A stretch of 64,000 bases of DNA from assembly GCA_963713045.1 (NCBI GenBank), contig CAVQKE010000003.1, positions 512,001 through 576,000 of the forward strand. Reading direction: 5' to 3'. The first letter of the stretch is position 1. Each line of letters opens with the position of its first letter. The position numbers and the translations under genes are program-made. Positions 1 through 10,444 of this stretch are shown here, piece after piece. The notes under the pieces were generated by a model that was not told where the DNA came from, ran no database searches, and was given only the letters and a program-made list of their open reading frames with translations. The stretch comes from an uncultured delta proteobacterium. GTDB lineage: Bacteria > Myxococcota > Myxococcia > Myxococcales > Myxococcaceae.

Positions 1-770
1 TGATGGCGCTGCTGATGGCCATCCGAAGCGACGACCTGGCCTCGGTGGCCAAGCTGGTGGAGGCCTTCCAAACGGTGAACCAGCGAATGCGCTACAGCCC
101 GATTCCGGTGGTGGCCGCTCCCTTCGGGCTCACCTTGGGCGGCGGTGCTGAGGTGTGCCTGGGGGCCAATGCCATTCAGGCCGCGGCCGAGCTCTACATG
201 GGGCTGGTCGAGGTGGGAGCTGGCCTCATTCCGGGAGGCGGCGGCAACATGCAGCTGCTTCGAAACATGTACGGGCCCTTCGCCACCGACCGGGACTTTG
301 ACCCGCTGCCGTTTTTGAAGAAGGCCTTCCTAACCATCGGCACCGCCAAGGTGGGCACCAGCGCCGAGGAGGCGCGCGAGGCCAACTTCCTCTCCCGGCA
401 GGACGGCATCTCCCTCAACCGGGACTTCCTGTTGGCCGACGCCAAAGCACGCGCGCTGGGCATGGCCAACGCCGGCTTCCGGCCGCCACGGCCGACGCAC
501 TTCCGGTTGCCCGGGCGCAGCGGCGCGGCCACCATCGACATGATGCTGTACGACATGGAAACCAACAACCAAATCTCCGCCTACGACCGGCACGTCGGGC
601 AGAAGCTGGCCACCGTGCTTACTGGTGGGGACGTCTCGATGAGCAACCCGGTGTCCGAGGAAACGCTGCTGGAGCTCGAGCGCGAGGCCTTCCTCTCCCT
701 GTGCGGAGAGGAGAAGACGCAGGCCCGGATGGCCCACCTTTTGGAAACCGGCAAGCCGCTGCGCAACTGA
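1..770 (+). CDS. 3-hydroxyacyl-CoA dehydrogenase/enoyl-CoA hydratase (FadN-like), C-terminal part, 5' truncated by window edge
   Basis: Crotonase-like segment (PFGLTLGGGAE, MGLVEVGAGLIPGGGG) and FadN-type C-terminus LELEREAFLSLCGEEKTQARMAHLLETGKPLRN; thiolase follows. Confidence 0.9.
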   Translation, partial: MALLMAIRSDDLASVAKLVEAFQTVNQRMRYSPIPVVAAPFGLTLGGGAEVCLGANAIQAAAELYMGLVEVGAGLIPGGGGNMQLLRNMYGPFATDRDFDPLPFLKKAFLTIGTAKVGTSAEEAREANFLSRQDGISLNRDFLLADAKARALGMANAGFRPPRPTHFRLPGRSGAATIDMMLYDMETNNQISAYDRHVGQKLATVLTGGDVSMSNPVSEETLLELEREAFLSLCGEEKTQARMAHLLETGKPLRN

Positions 771-808
771 TGGGCCAGCGTTAACAACCCGTTCTCGAGG
801 AGACTCCC

Positions 809-1978
809 ATGGCCGGCAAAGTCGTCATCGCCAGTGCAGCACGCACCCCCTTCACCCGCGCACTGAAGGGCGAATTCAAGGACACCCGGCCGGACACACT
901 GGCCGCAGTGGCCATCGCCGAGGCGCTGAAGCGGGTTCCCGGCCTGAAGCCGTCCGACGTCGACGACGTCATCATCGGCTGCGCCATGCCGGAGGGCGAG
1001 CAGGGGATGAATGTCGCCCGCCTGTCGTCGCTGTTGGCCGGGCTTCCCGACAGTGTGCCGGCGATGACCATCAACCGTTTCTGCTCCTCGGGCGTGCAGT
1101 CGGTGGCCCAGGCGGCGCAGAGCATCGCTGCCGGAATGTACGAGGTGGCGGTGGCCGGGGGCACCGAGTCGATGAGCATGGTGCCGATGGGCGGCAACAA
1201 AGTGTCCGCCAACCCCGAGCTGATGGAGAGGTACCCGGAGGTTTACATCTCGATGGGTGCGACCGCGGAAAACGTCGCCCAACGCTTCGAGGTGACGCGC
1301 GCGCAGCAGGACGCTTTCGCGTACGAAAGCCAGCGCCGGGCGGCCAACGCCCGAGAAAAGGGCCTCTTCCGCGACGAGATTGTCAGCGTCACCACCGAAG
1401 TCTTCGACGAAGCGGGGAAGCCGCACACCGCCACCATTGACGTGGACACCATTCTCCGGCCGGACACGACGCTGGAAGGGCTGGCCAAGCTCAAGCCCGC
1501 CTTCAACCCCAAGGGCACGGTGACCGCCGGCAACGCTTCGCCCCTTACCGACGGGGCGGCGGCGCTGGTGGTGATGAGCGAGGCGCGCGCCCAGGCCCTC
1601 GGCGTCAAGCCGCTGGGGACCTTCATCGACTACCAGGTGGCGGGCGTCCCTCCGGAAATCATGGGCATCGGCCCGGTGCCGGCAGTCCGCAAGCTGCTCG
1701 CCAAGAATAAGCTTTCGGTGAAGGACATCGACGTCTTCGAGTTAAATGAAGCTTTCGCGGCCCAAGCCTTGTACTGCATCCGCGAGCTGGGGCTGCCGCC
1801 GGAACGGGTCAATCCCAATGGCGGGGCCATTGCCCTCGGCCACCCCCTGGGCGTCAGTGGTGCGCGGATGACGGGCACCTTGTTGCGCGAGCTGAAGCGG
1901 CGTGGAGGCCGCTACGGCGTCGTCACCATGTGCATCGGTGGCGGCATGGGCGCCGCCGCCCTCTTCGAAGTCAGCTAG
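809..1978 (+). CDS. fadA: acetyl-CoA C-acyltransferase (thiolase)
   Basis: INRFCSSG catalytic Cys, [26 protein letters not shown] upstream. Confidence 0.95.
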   Translation: MAGKVVIASAARTPFTRALKGEFKDTRPDTLAAVAIAEALKRVPGLKPSDVDDVIIGCAMPEGEQGMNVARLSSLLAGLPDSVPAMTINRFCSSGVQSVAQAAQSIAAGMYEVAVAGGTESMSMVPMGGNKVSANPELMERYPEVYISMGATAENVAQRFEVTRAQQDAFAYESQRRAANAREKGLFRDEIVSVTTEVFDEAGKPHTATIDVDTILRPDTTLEGLAKLKPAFNPKGTVTAGNASPLTDGAAALVVMSEARAQALGVKPLGTFIDYQVAGVPPEIMGIGPVPAVRKLLAKNKLSVKDIDVFELNEAFAAQALYCIRELGLPPERVNPNGGAIALGHPLGVSGARMTGTLLRELKRRGGRYGVVTMCIGGGMGAAALFEVS

Positions 1979-1990
1979 CCTCGCGAGGCC

Positions 1991-2470
1991 TCACGGCTTC
2001 GGGGCCGCCTGCTCGGGGTGGTGCAAATACAGCGAATGGCAGCTGATGCAGACCTGCATCATGTTGCCAAAGGCCGTGGCCAGCGCGGCGTTGTCGCCGC
2101 TGCGGGAGGCCTGAGCTAGGCTCGCCGTGCGCTCACGCAGCAGCCCCTCGAGGTACTGAAACCTCCGTTGCGCCGCCGTCAGGCGGGCAGTCCCGCCATC
2201 CTCAGCTGGAAGCCCTGTATCGATGGCAATCTCCTTGGCCACCCTCTCGACGTTGTCTCGTTGAAGCAAGGTCACGGCAAGCGTCAACTCCATCAGGGCT
2301 GCGCCGTGCCGGTTCATCCGACGTTGCACCACCGAACGGCCGTCGGTGGGCACGACGTCGGCAGGCATGGGGAGGGCATTCTCCGTGGGCGAGGCGGGCG
2401 CTTGGGCACGGGCATCCCCCACCAGCAACGCGAGGAGCACGCAGGACAATTGCAGGCGCTTGTTGGGCAT
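1991..2470 (-). CDS. periplasmic cytochrome c'-like (class II) monoheme protein
   Basis: Signal peptide (MPNKRLQLSCVLLALLVGDARA), helical body, single C-terminal CISCH. Confidence 0.65.
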   Translation of the reverse strand: MPNKRLQLSCVLLALLVGDARAQAPASPTENALPMPADVVPTDGRSVVQRRMNRHGAALMELTLAVTLLQRDNVERVAKEIAIDTGLPAEDGGTARLTAAQRRFQYLEGLLRERTASLAQASRSGDNAALATAFGNMMQVCISCHSLYLHHPEQAAPKP

Positions 2471-2608
2471 GGGCCGGTACTCCAATCGACCTTGGCTCCC
2501 GGGACAAGCCCGGGGCGCACCGGGGGCATCAACGCGGTCCGGGCCCCCTCCTCCTCAACCACCCGGTGGACTTCAACGCGGGGCGCAGAGAGCAGCCCCG
2601 GGGCGGAT

Positions 2609-3169
2609 TCATTGGTAACACTGGCTCGCGCCTTGGACTGCGTTGGACGTGTCGCACACCGGGGCATTGAAGGTTCCGCTGAGCGTCCCAGCGGTGCCAA
2701 AGCCAGCGTCGAAGGTCCCCGCCATGCCGCTCAAGTCGTCGGCCAAAAAGGTCATCACGACGGCGCCGGCGTCGGCCGTCAGCACCGGGGACACGACGCA
2801 GTTGGTGACGGTGCCGTAGCTGACTTGAGCGGAGGCATTGGCCCCGTAGGCGTCGGTGACCGGGTAGATGCCGGGGGCCGGATTGACCGACCCGGTGCCA
2901 ATGGAGTTGGAGAGGGTGACGGTGGCGTAGGTGAGGTTGGCCGGGTAGCCAGCGAGGTTTTGCTGAAGGATGGAGCAGTAGCCCAGCCGGTCGGCCGCAA
3001 TCAGCACGAAGTCGTAGTCGCCGTTGGCCTGGGCACTCGGCAGGAAGAAGACATCCTCCGGCGCAAACGGAACTCCGTTGATGGTGCCCCACTGGGGAGC
3101 TGGCCCCATGGTGACGCTCTCACAGCCGAGGAGACAAACCAGTGCAATGCCGACCCACCAGCCTTTCAT
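2609..3169 (-). CDS. hypothetical lipoprotein
   Basis: Lipobox LLGC after a hydrophobic stretch; beta-rich T/A/G/N sequence with extra Cys; GGAGGG upstream. Confidence 0.7.
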   Translation of the reverse strand: MKGWWVGIALVCLLGCESVTMGPAPQWGTINGVPFAPEDVFFLPSAQANGDYDFVLIAADRLGYCSILQQNLAGYPANLTYATVTLSNSIGTGSVNPAPGIYPVTDAYGANASAQVSYGTVTNCVVSPVLTADAGAVVMTFLADDLSGMAGTFDAGFGTAGTLSGTFNAPVCDTSNAVQGASQCYQ

Positions 3170-3240
3170 TGACCCTCCGTCCAAGGCACGAGGGACGAAT
3201 TAGCCACCCTAGTCCATTGACTGCAACGGCCCCGGCCGCC

Positions 3241-4680
3241 TCAAGCCGCCTCGTTGGAGGACTTGCTGGAGGTGAGCGCCGGCATTTCCATCTGCCGGAC
3301 GAGGTTCTCCACTGGCTGCAGCTGTGGGACCTCCTCGCTTGCGCCTCCCGCGCCGAGGTCGCGCAGTTTGCGGGCGCTGGGCAACACCCGGCTTTCCAGC
3401 GAGCCCACCGCCTTGTTGTAGACCTCGACGCTTTTGCCCAGCTGGGCTCCGAGGGCCTGGAGGTGGCTGGCGACGGTCCGGATGCGGTCGTGCAGCTCGC
3501 GCCCCAGACGTTGAATGGTCCGTGCGTGCTCAGCCGCCTGCTCCTGCCGCCAGCCGTAGGCCACCGCCCGAAGCAACGCGATGAGGGTGGTGGGTGAGGC
3601 GGGGATGACGTTCTGCTGGGCGCCGAATTCGATGAGGTCCGGGTCTCGCTCGAGCGCTGCTGAGAAGAAGGCCTCTCCGGGGAGAAACATGACGACGAAC
3701 TCGGGGGCCGACGCAAACTGCGCGGCGTAGCCCTTGTCGGCCAGCGCCCGCATGTGGCGGCGAGTCTGCGCCGCATGCTCCGCGAGCTTCAGGGCGCGGA
3801 GGGTTTCATCCGCCGTCTCATGAGCGTCCAGGTAGGCTTCAAGGGGGGCCTTGCTGTCTACCACCACCTGCTTGCCGCCGGGGAGTTGCACCACCAGGTC
3901 CGGACGAAGCCGCCCGCCCTCAGCTTCCACGTGAAGTTGCTCGACGAAGTCGCAGTGCGCCAGCATGCCTGCCAACTCCACCACGCGCTTCAATTGAATT
4001 TCGCCCCAACGGCCCCGGACGGAGGACGAGCGCAGCGCCCCGACCAGGCGCTCGGTTTGCACTTTCAGCTGGCTGTTGGCCTCGGCCACGCCTCGCAGCT
4101 GCTGGTTGAGCGCGCCGTAAGCTAAGGCGCGGCCCTTCTCCAGCTCCAGCACTTGGCCGCCCATTTTTTCAAGCTGCTCTTTGAGGGGAGCCACCAGCTC
4201 GCCCACCGCCGTGGAGCGCGCCTCCAGCTCCGACTTGGCCCCCTCCTGGTACCTCTCCAGCGTCGTCTTGGCCAAGTCCAGGAAGGCCTGGTTGTTGGAC
4301 TGGAGCGCATCGAGTGACAGCGCTTTGAATTGCTGGACCAGCTGCTCCTGGGCCTGGCTGAGCAACTGCAGCTTCTCCTCTGCGGCCCGCAACTCCTCGG
4401 CGCGTTTCGCCTCCAGGCCGGCCAGGTGCGACTCAGCCAGGGCCCGCGCCTCTGCCAAGCGGGCCGTGTCGGCGCGGGCGCCAGCCAACTCGACCTCAAG
4501 CCGGCCGCAGCGCTCGTCACGGGCCCGGAGCCGCTCGCCCGCGGCAGCCAGTTCCACTTGGAGGCGGCCGCGTTCCTCCGCGGTCACCTGGACCAGCCGC
4601 GCCCGGCCCAGCACCCAGGCAAACAACCCCACCGCCACCGTCGCCAAGGCGCCGACGGCCTCGACCAGCCAGCTTTCCAT
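3241..4680 (-). CDS. rmuC: DNA recombination protein RmuC
   Basis: N-terminal TM plus coiled coil, RGRWGEIQL, RPDLVVQLP, DSKAPL, EFVVMFLPGE, PTTLIALL; start moved to MESWLV. Confidence 0.93.
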   Translation of the reverse strand: MESWLVEAVGALATVAVGLFAWVLGRARLVQVTAEERGRLQVELAAAGERLRARDERCGRLEVELAGARADTARLAEARALAESHLAGLEAKRAEELRAAEEKLQLLSQAQEQLVQQFKALSLDALQSNNQAFLDLAKTTLERYQEGAKSELEARSTAVGELVAPLKEQLEKMGGQVLELEKGRALAYGALNQQLRGVAEANSQLKVQTERLVGALRSSSVRGRWGEIQLKRVVELAGMLAHCDFVEQLHVEAEGGRLRPDLVVQLPGGKQVVVDSKAPLEAYLDAHETADETLRALKLAEHAAQTRRHMRALADKGYAAQFASAPEFVVMFLPGEAFFSAALERDPDLIEFGAQQNVIPASPTTLIALLRAVAYGWRQEQAAEHARTIQRLGRELHDRIRTVASHLQALGAQLGKSVEVYNKAVGSLESRVLPSARKLRDLGAGGASEEVPQLQPVENLVRQMEMPALTSSKSSNEAA

Positions 4681-4820
4681 ACCGTGAAACGGTAACTGCT
4701 GCCTCCGACACCCCCCGGGCGGCGCCAAGCGTGCTGGCAGTCGGCCCGTCGGAATTGTATGCCCCCCCGGGCCGTTCTCAGCCCCTGCACCCAACCCCTC
4801 GCCAAGGACTGCTGACCCGG

Positions 4821-7592
4821 ATGCGCCTGTTCGCCCTTGCTGTCGCCTCGCTCCTCTGTGCTGCCCCCAGTGTTGCGCAGCCAGTTCCACAGGCAGCGGC
4901 CAAGTCCAGCGCCTCGCGGCCCAAGCCCCTGGCGGCCCCCCAGCGCGTCACTTCGGTGGAGGGAATTACCGAGTACCGGCTGGCCAACGGGCTCCGGGTG
5001 CTCCTCTTCCCAGACGTCTCCAAGCCCTCCATCACGGTCAACCTCACCTACCTGGTTGGCTCGCGCCTGGAGAGTTACGGCGAGACGGGCATGGCGCACC
5101 TGCTCGAGCACCTCCTCTTCAAGGGGACGCCCTCTCACCCCGACCCGGCGAAGACGCTCAACGCGCTCGGTGCGCACTTCAATGCCAGCACGTCACAGGA
5201 CCGAACCAACTACTACGTCACCTTCCCAGCGAGTGAAGCCAACCTCCAAACGGCACTTGGGCTCGAGGCCGACCGGATGGTGCACAGCTTCATCGCCCGA
5301 AAAGACCTCGACTCTGAGATGACTGTCGTCCGCAATGAATTCGAGTCCGGCGAGAACGACCCGGGAAGCGTCACGCTGCAGCGGATGGAGTCGGTGGCCT
5401 ACGACTGGCACAATTACGGGAAGCCCACCATTGGTGCCAAGAGTGACATCGAGCACGTCGACATCCCTCGGCTTCAGGCCTTCTACCGGAAGTATTACCA
5501 GCCGGACAACGCCGTCCTTCTCGTGGCAGGGCGCATCGACGAGGCGAAGACCCTGTCCCTGGTCAACCAGCTGTTCGGTCCCATCCCACGGCCGAAGCGC
5601 ACTCTCGAGAAGACCTACACCGTCGAGCCCACCCAGGACGGTGAGCGGAGTGTCACCGTGCGGCGGGTGGGAGGCACGCCTCTGGTCGCCGCCGGCTACC
5701 ACCTTCCGGCTCGGTCCGACCCGACTTCAGCGGCCGTCGGGCTGGCCATCCACATCCTCTCCAACACGCCAAGCGGCCGTCTACACCGGGCGCTGGTGGA
5801 CACGAAGCTGGCCTCGGACGTCTTTGGGGTGCCCTTCGGCGCGCTGGACCCGGGCTTCGTCATCTTCGGCGCCGAGCTCCCAGCAGGAGGGAAGGTGGAC
5901 CCAGCGCTCGAGGTCCTGCTGAACACGGTCGAACACACCGCCGGTGCGCCCTTCACGGCCATCGAATTGGACCGGGCCAAAGCCGAGGCGCTGAAAGAAT
6001 TCGAGTTGACCACAAGCCAGACCTCTCGGCTGGCCCTGGCCCTCAGTGAGGCGATGGCAGCTGGCGACTGGCGCCTCTTCTTCCTCAACCGCGACCGTCG
6101 AGAAAAAGCGACGCTGGCCGAAGTGCAGCAGGCGGCCGAGCATTATTTCAAGCCAAGTAACCGCACCGTCGGCATCTACCTGCCGACAGAGAAGCCTGAC
6201 CGCTCCGACGTTCCGCCAGTAGGCGACGTGGCCGCCATGGTGCAGAACTACGAAGGGCGTGCGCCCATCGCCCAAGGTGAGGCCTTCGACAGCTCTCCGG
6301 CCAACATCGACGCCCGCACCACGCGCTTCAGCGCTCCCAACGGGTTGAAGGGCGCGCTGTTGCCGAAAAAGACGAAGGGCGCTCTGGTCTCGGTGGATCT
6401 AACGCTTCGCTTTGGAACGGAAGCCACCCTCACCAACCTTGGAGAAGTCCCCGCTTTGGCAGCCGAGATGCTGCTTCGCGGCACGGCCTCGCATACGCGC
6501 GAGCAGCTGAAGGACGCGCTGGACAAGCTCAAGGCCCAGGTCAGCATCTACGGGAGCGCCGAGATGGCTCGCCTCAGCGTCACGACGGTGCGGGACAACC
6601 TAAACGCGGTGCTCACGCTGTTGGCTGAAGTCCTCCGCCAGCCATCCTTCCCGTCGCAAGAATTCGCTCTGCTCGTCTCCGAGGAGACAACGCAGCTGGA
6701 GCAAGCCAAGAGTGAGCCCGAGAGTGTGGCCAACGTCGCGCTTGAAAAGTACATGAGTCCCTACCCAGCGGGCAGCCCTCGCGAGGTCAGGACTCCGGAC
6801 GAATCCATCGCCAGCCTGAAGGCAGCGAAGGTGGAGCAAGTCCAGGCCTTCCACAAGAACTTCTACGGTGCGGACCATGCCACCTTTGCAGCGGTCGGCG
6901 ACTTCGATTCCGAGGAAGTCCAAGCGCTGGTGACGCGTCTTTTTGGAGACTGGAAGAGCGCCCAGCCCTACGTCCGAATCCCAGACCGGATGAAGCGAGT
7001 GAAGCCACTCGAGAAGCGCTTGGAGACGCCGGACAAGGCCAACGCTGCCTACTTCAGCGCCTATCCGGTGGCGCTCCAGGACAGCGACACGGACTACGCG
7101 GCCTTTTACATCTCCAACTGGCTCCTGGGCGGAGGGAGCCTCCAGAGCCGGCTGGCCGAGCGCGTGCGGAAGACGGATGGGTTGAGCTATGAGGTCGGCT
7201 CTGTCTTCGAGGCCAGCAGTTACGAGCCGGTGGGGCGCTGGCTGGGCTACGCCATCTACAACCCGGCCAACGTGGCCAAGCTGGAAACGGCCTTTCGCGA
7301 CGTCCTGGTCCAGACTTCCCAACAGGGCTTCACTCCGCAGGAACTCGACGACGGCCGCAAGGCGTGGCTGCAAGCCCGAGAGGTGTCCCGCACCCAGGAC
7401 GCGGCCCTGGCCGGCAAGTTGTCCCGTTATCTCAACCTCGGCCGCACGATGGCTTTCGACAGTCAGCTCGAGCAGCGGATGAAGGCGCTCAGCGCCGAGC
7501 AGGTGACGGCCGCCTTCCGCAAGTATTTGGACCCAGCCCAAGTCAGTGTGGTGGAGGCCGGCGACTTCGCGGCGAAGAAGCCCGGCAGCTGA
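4821..7592 (+). CDS. M16 family zinc peptidase (pitrilysin/PqqL-like, two-half fusion)
   Basis: Inverted zincin HLLEH, NASTSQDRTNYY, signal peptide, second half with SRL...GLSY. Confidence 0.92.
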   Translation: MRLFALAVASLLCAAPSVAQPVPQAAAKSSASRPKPLAAPQRVTSVEGITEYRLANGLRVLLFPDVSKPSITVNLTYLVGSRLESYGETGMAHLLEHLLFKGTPSHPDPAKTLNALGAHFNASTSQDRTNYYVTFPASEANLQTALGLEADRMVHSFIARKDLDSEMTVVRNEFESGENDPGSVTLQRMESVAYDWHNYGKPTIGAKSDIEHVDIPRLQAFYRKYYQPDNAVLLVAGRIDEAKTLSLVNQLFGPIPRPKRTLEKTYTVEPTQDGERSVTVRRVGGTPLVAAGYHLPARSDPTSAAVGLAIHILSNTPSGRLHRALVDTKLASDVFGVPFGALDPGFVIFGAELPAGGKVDPALEVLLNTVEHTAGAPFTAIELDRAKAEALKEFELTTSQTSRLALALSEAMAAGDWRLFFLNRDRREKATLAEVQQAAEHYFKPSNRTVGIYLPTEKPDRSDVPPVGDVAAMVQNYEGRAPIAQGEAFDSSPANIDARTTRFSAPNGLKGALLPKKTKGALVSVDLTLRFGTEATLTNLGEVPALAAEMLLRGTASHTREQLKDALDKLKAQVSIYGSAEMARLSVTTVRDNLNAVLTLLAEVLRQPSFPSQEFALLVSEETTQLEQAKSEPESVANVALEKYMSPYPAGSPREVRTPDESIASLKAAKVEQVQAFHKNFYGADHATFAAVGDFDSEEVQALVTRLFGDWKSAQPYVRIPDRMKRVKPLEKRLETPDKANAAYFSAYPVALQDSDTDYAAFYISNWLLGGGSLQSRLAERVRKTDGLSYEVGSVFEASSYEPVGRWLGYAIYNPANVAKLETAFRDVLVQTSQQGFTPQELDDGRKAWLQAREVSRTQDAALAGKLSRYLNLGRTMAFDSQLEQRMKALSAEQVTAAFRKYLDPAQVSVVEAGDFAAKKPGS

Positions 7593-7613
7593 GGGCCCTT
7601 TCGCCCAGAAGGC

Positions 7614-9026
7614 TTAGGACGGGGCCGGGTTGTGCCAACCTCCCACGTCCCGCGCCAGGCGGTCGGCTTCCGGAGGCCCCCAGCTGCCCTGGGGGTAAAT
7701 GTGGAGGGGCCGAGCGTCGTCAAGAATGGGGGTCACTGCCGCCCAAGCCGCTTCGACGGCGTCCTCCCGGACGAAGAGGATGGCGTCCCCATGCAGGGCG
7801 TCGGTGAGGAGCCTTTCATAAGCCTCCTCGTCTCCCTTCGGCGCCTTCACCGCCTCCAGCTCGACATTCATTCCGGCAATGGCGGCCCCCGGCTTCTTCA
7901 CCCGCGCCCCGAGGCTGAGCTGCATGTCCGGCCCCAAGCGGAAGCGGAAGTAGTTGGCGTCGTGCCGGAGCGTCACCTTCCGCAAGGGCGGCCGCCGCAA
8001 CCGCACCAGCACCTCGGTGGCCGTCACCGGCAGCTGCTTTCCGGCGCGGATGAGGAACGGCACACCATCCCACCGCCACAGCGCGACTTCCAACCGGACG
8101 GCGGCATACGTCTCCACAGTCGAACCCTTGGCGACACCGGGTTCGTCCTGGTAGCCCCGAAATTGGCCCCGCACCAAGTGGCCAGCCTCAATGGGCGGAA
8201 TGGCCCGCAGCACGTCGGCCATCTCGTTGCGGACCGACTCGGGATACAAGTCCGACGGCGGTTCCATGGCAAGAAAGGCCACCACCTGCAGCATGTGGTT
8301 TTGCACCACGTCCCGGATGCAGCCCGTCTCATCGTAAAACTTTCCGCGGCCTTGCACCCCGAAGGACTCGGCCATGGTGATTTGGACGCTTTCCACGTAG
8401 TTGCGGTTCCAGATGGGCTCGAGAAAGGTGTTGGCGAAGCGGAAGACGAGCAGGTTTTCCACCGTCTCCTTGCCCAGGTAGTGGTCGATGCGAAAAATAT
8501 TTTGCTCCGGAAATACCGAGTGGAGCGTGGCATTGAGAGCGCGGGCCGATTCGAGGTTGCGTCCAAAGGGCTTTTCCAGAATGACGCGCGCGCCCTGGGC
8601 ACACGCCGAGGCGCCCAGCGACTGGACAACGGTGGCGAACAGACTGGGCGGAATGGCCAGGTAGTGGGTGGGGTGGTGCGCGTCGCCCAGCACCTGGCGG
8701 AGCACAGCGAACGTCATCGGGTCCGCGTAGTCCCCGTCAATGTACCTGAGCTGGCTCACCAGCTTTGGGAAGGCCACCTTGTCCAGGCCGCCACCGTGCT
8801 GGGTGACGCTGTCGCGCGCGCGGGCGATGAACTGCTCGAGGGTGAAACCCGACTTGGCGACGCCCACCACTTGGCAGGGCAGCGTCCCGCGCCGCACCAT
8901 TTGCTGGAGGGCGGGAAATATCTTCTTGAAGGCCAGGTCACCGGTGGCGCCGAAGAAGACGAGGGCGTCTGAAACCTCTGCCGATTCCGACTTCGACGGG
9001 CTGCCGATGTGGTTGGGCTTGGACAT
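7614..9026 (-). CDS. zwf: glucose-6-phosphate 1-dehydrogenase
   Basis: [27 protein letters not shown]. Confidence 0.97.
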   Translation of the reverse strand: MSKPNHIGSPSKSESAEVSDALVFFGATGDLAFKKIFPALQQMVRRGTLPCQVVGVAKSGFTLEQFIARARDSVTQHGGGLDKVAFPKLVSQLRYIDGDYADPMTFAVLRQVLGDAHHPTHYLAIPPSLFATVVQSLGASACAQGARVILEKPFGRNLESARALNATLHSVFPEQNIFRIDHYLGKETVENLLVFRFANTFLEPIWNRNYVESVQITMAESFGVQGRGKFYDETGCIRDVVQNHMLQVVAFLAMEPPSDLYPESVRNEMADVLRAIPPIEAGHLVRGQFRGYQDEPGVAKGSTVETYAAVRLEVALWRWDGVPFLIRAGKQLPVTATEVLVRLRRPPLRKVTLRHDANYFRFRLGPDMQLSLGARVKKPGAAIAGMNVELEAVKAPKGDEEAYERLLTDALHGDAILFVREDAVEAAWAAVTPILDDARPLHIYPQGSWGPPEADRLARDVGGWHNPAPS

Positions 9027-9059
9027 GCGGGCCAGCTTCGCTCGCCGCCGGTCCCGCCT

Positions 9060-10444
9060 TCAACGACTGCCTTGGCCGCGCACGCCCCAGGCCGCCACCC
9101 CAGCCCCACAGACAGACAACCCCGCGCAGAGCTCCATCGCCCGGTAGAAACCAGACAGCAGCGTCCCCGGGGAAGGGTGCTTCCGAGTCCGGTGAGTCCC
9201 GCCGCCCAGGGCACCGCCGCCACGCCCAGCAACCCGGCCAGCCGTGCCACCGCATTGTTCACCCCGGAGGCAATCCCAGCGTAGGAGGCGTCCACCGCCG
9301 ACAGGACAGTGTCCGTCAACGGCGCCACCGTCACCGCCAACCCCACCCCAAAGACGGCCACTGCCGGCAGGACGCTCGAGAGGTAGTCGGCGTGCAACCG
9401 CACGCGGAGGAGGAGGAGCAGCCCCACGGCCACCAGCACTGGGCCGACGGTGAGTGGCAGACGCGCGCCCCAGCGTTGAGATAACCGCCCGGCGCCGGGT
9501 GAAAGCAGAAGCAACAATGCCGTGACCGGCAAGAGGGCGGCCCCAGCCTGCAGGGGCGAGTAGCCCAGCGCCTGCTGCAGTGAAAGCGTGAGGAGGAACA
9601 GCGCACCATTGAGGGCCGCGTAGACGGCCAGCGTCGTGAGGTTGGCCGCGGTGAAGGCCCGCGAGCGAAAGAGGACAAGGGGCAGCATCGCGTCCGGCCG
9701 ACGCTCGAGCGGGAGGAAGGCCAACAGGGCGGCCAGGCCCACCCCCGCAGCAACCAGGGTCGCTGGCGGCCAACCCCGTGCCGGCCCCTCAATCAGGGCG
9801 TAGGTGAAGCCCCCAATGCCCAGCGCTGCGGCGGAAGCCCCGGCCACGTCTAGGCGGACGCCAGGCCGGCCTGGGCTTTCCGGCAAGTAGCGCAGAGCGG
9901 CCCACAGGGTCGCCACCGCCAGCGGCAAGTTGATGAAGAAGATGGCGCGCCAGGAGGTGTTTTGGACGAGCCAGCCGCCGAGGAGGGGACCAACGGCGGT
10001 GGTGACGCCGGACAGGCCGGCCCAGATACCGATGGCGGCGCCCTGGTCCTCGGCGCGGATGCTGGTGCGCAGAATGGCGAGGCTTCCCGGTACCAGGATG
10101 GCGGCGCCCACGCCCTGGACGGCGCGGGCCAGCACCAGGCCGAAAGCGCTGGAGATGCACCCGCAGGCGGCGGAGGCTACGGCGAACCACGCCACGCCGG
10201 CGATGAACGTCCGCCGCTGGCCGAAGACATCTCCGAGACTGCCCCCGACCAGAAGGAAGGCGCTCAGCGTCAAAAGGTACGCATCCACCGTCCACTGAAG
10301 CCCTTCCAGCCCCACGTGGAGTCCCTGCTGCAGGGCGGGGAGGGCGACGTTGACGGCCGTCCCATCGAGAAACGCCATTCCAGAGCCAAGAGCGGCGGCC
10401 AGCACCACCCCGCGTCCCTGGGGGCTGTGAAGGGGAAAGCTCAC
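9060..10444 (-). pseudogene. DHA2 (14-TMS) MFS transporter with a frameshift near 9170 (real or assembly error)
   Basis: DGTAVNVALP, GGSLGDVFGQRR, WRAIFFINLP; the last TM (GTLLSGFYRAMELCAGLSVCGAGVAAWGVR*) is in another frame ending at 9060; GTG start overlaps the upstream TGA. Confidence 0.75.

Noticed and set aside
8756..9059. MFS ORF extension into zwf
   Set aside because: Product of the frameshift near 9170; not membrane-like sequence
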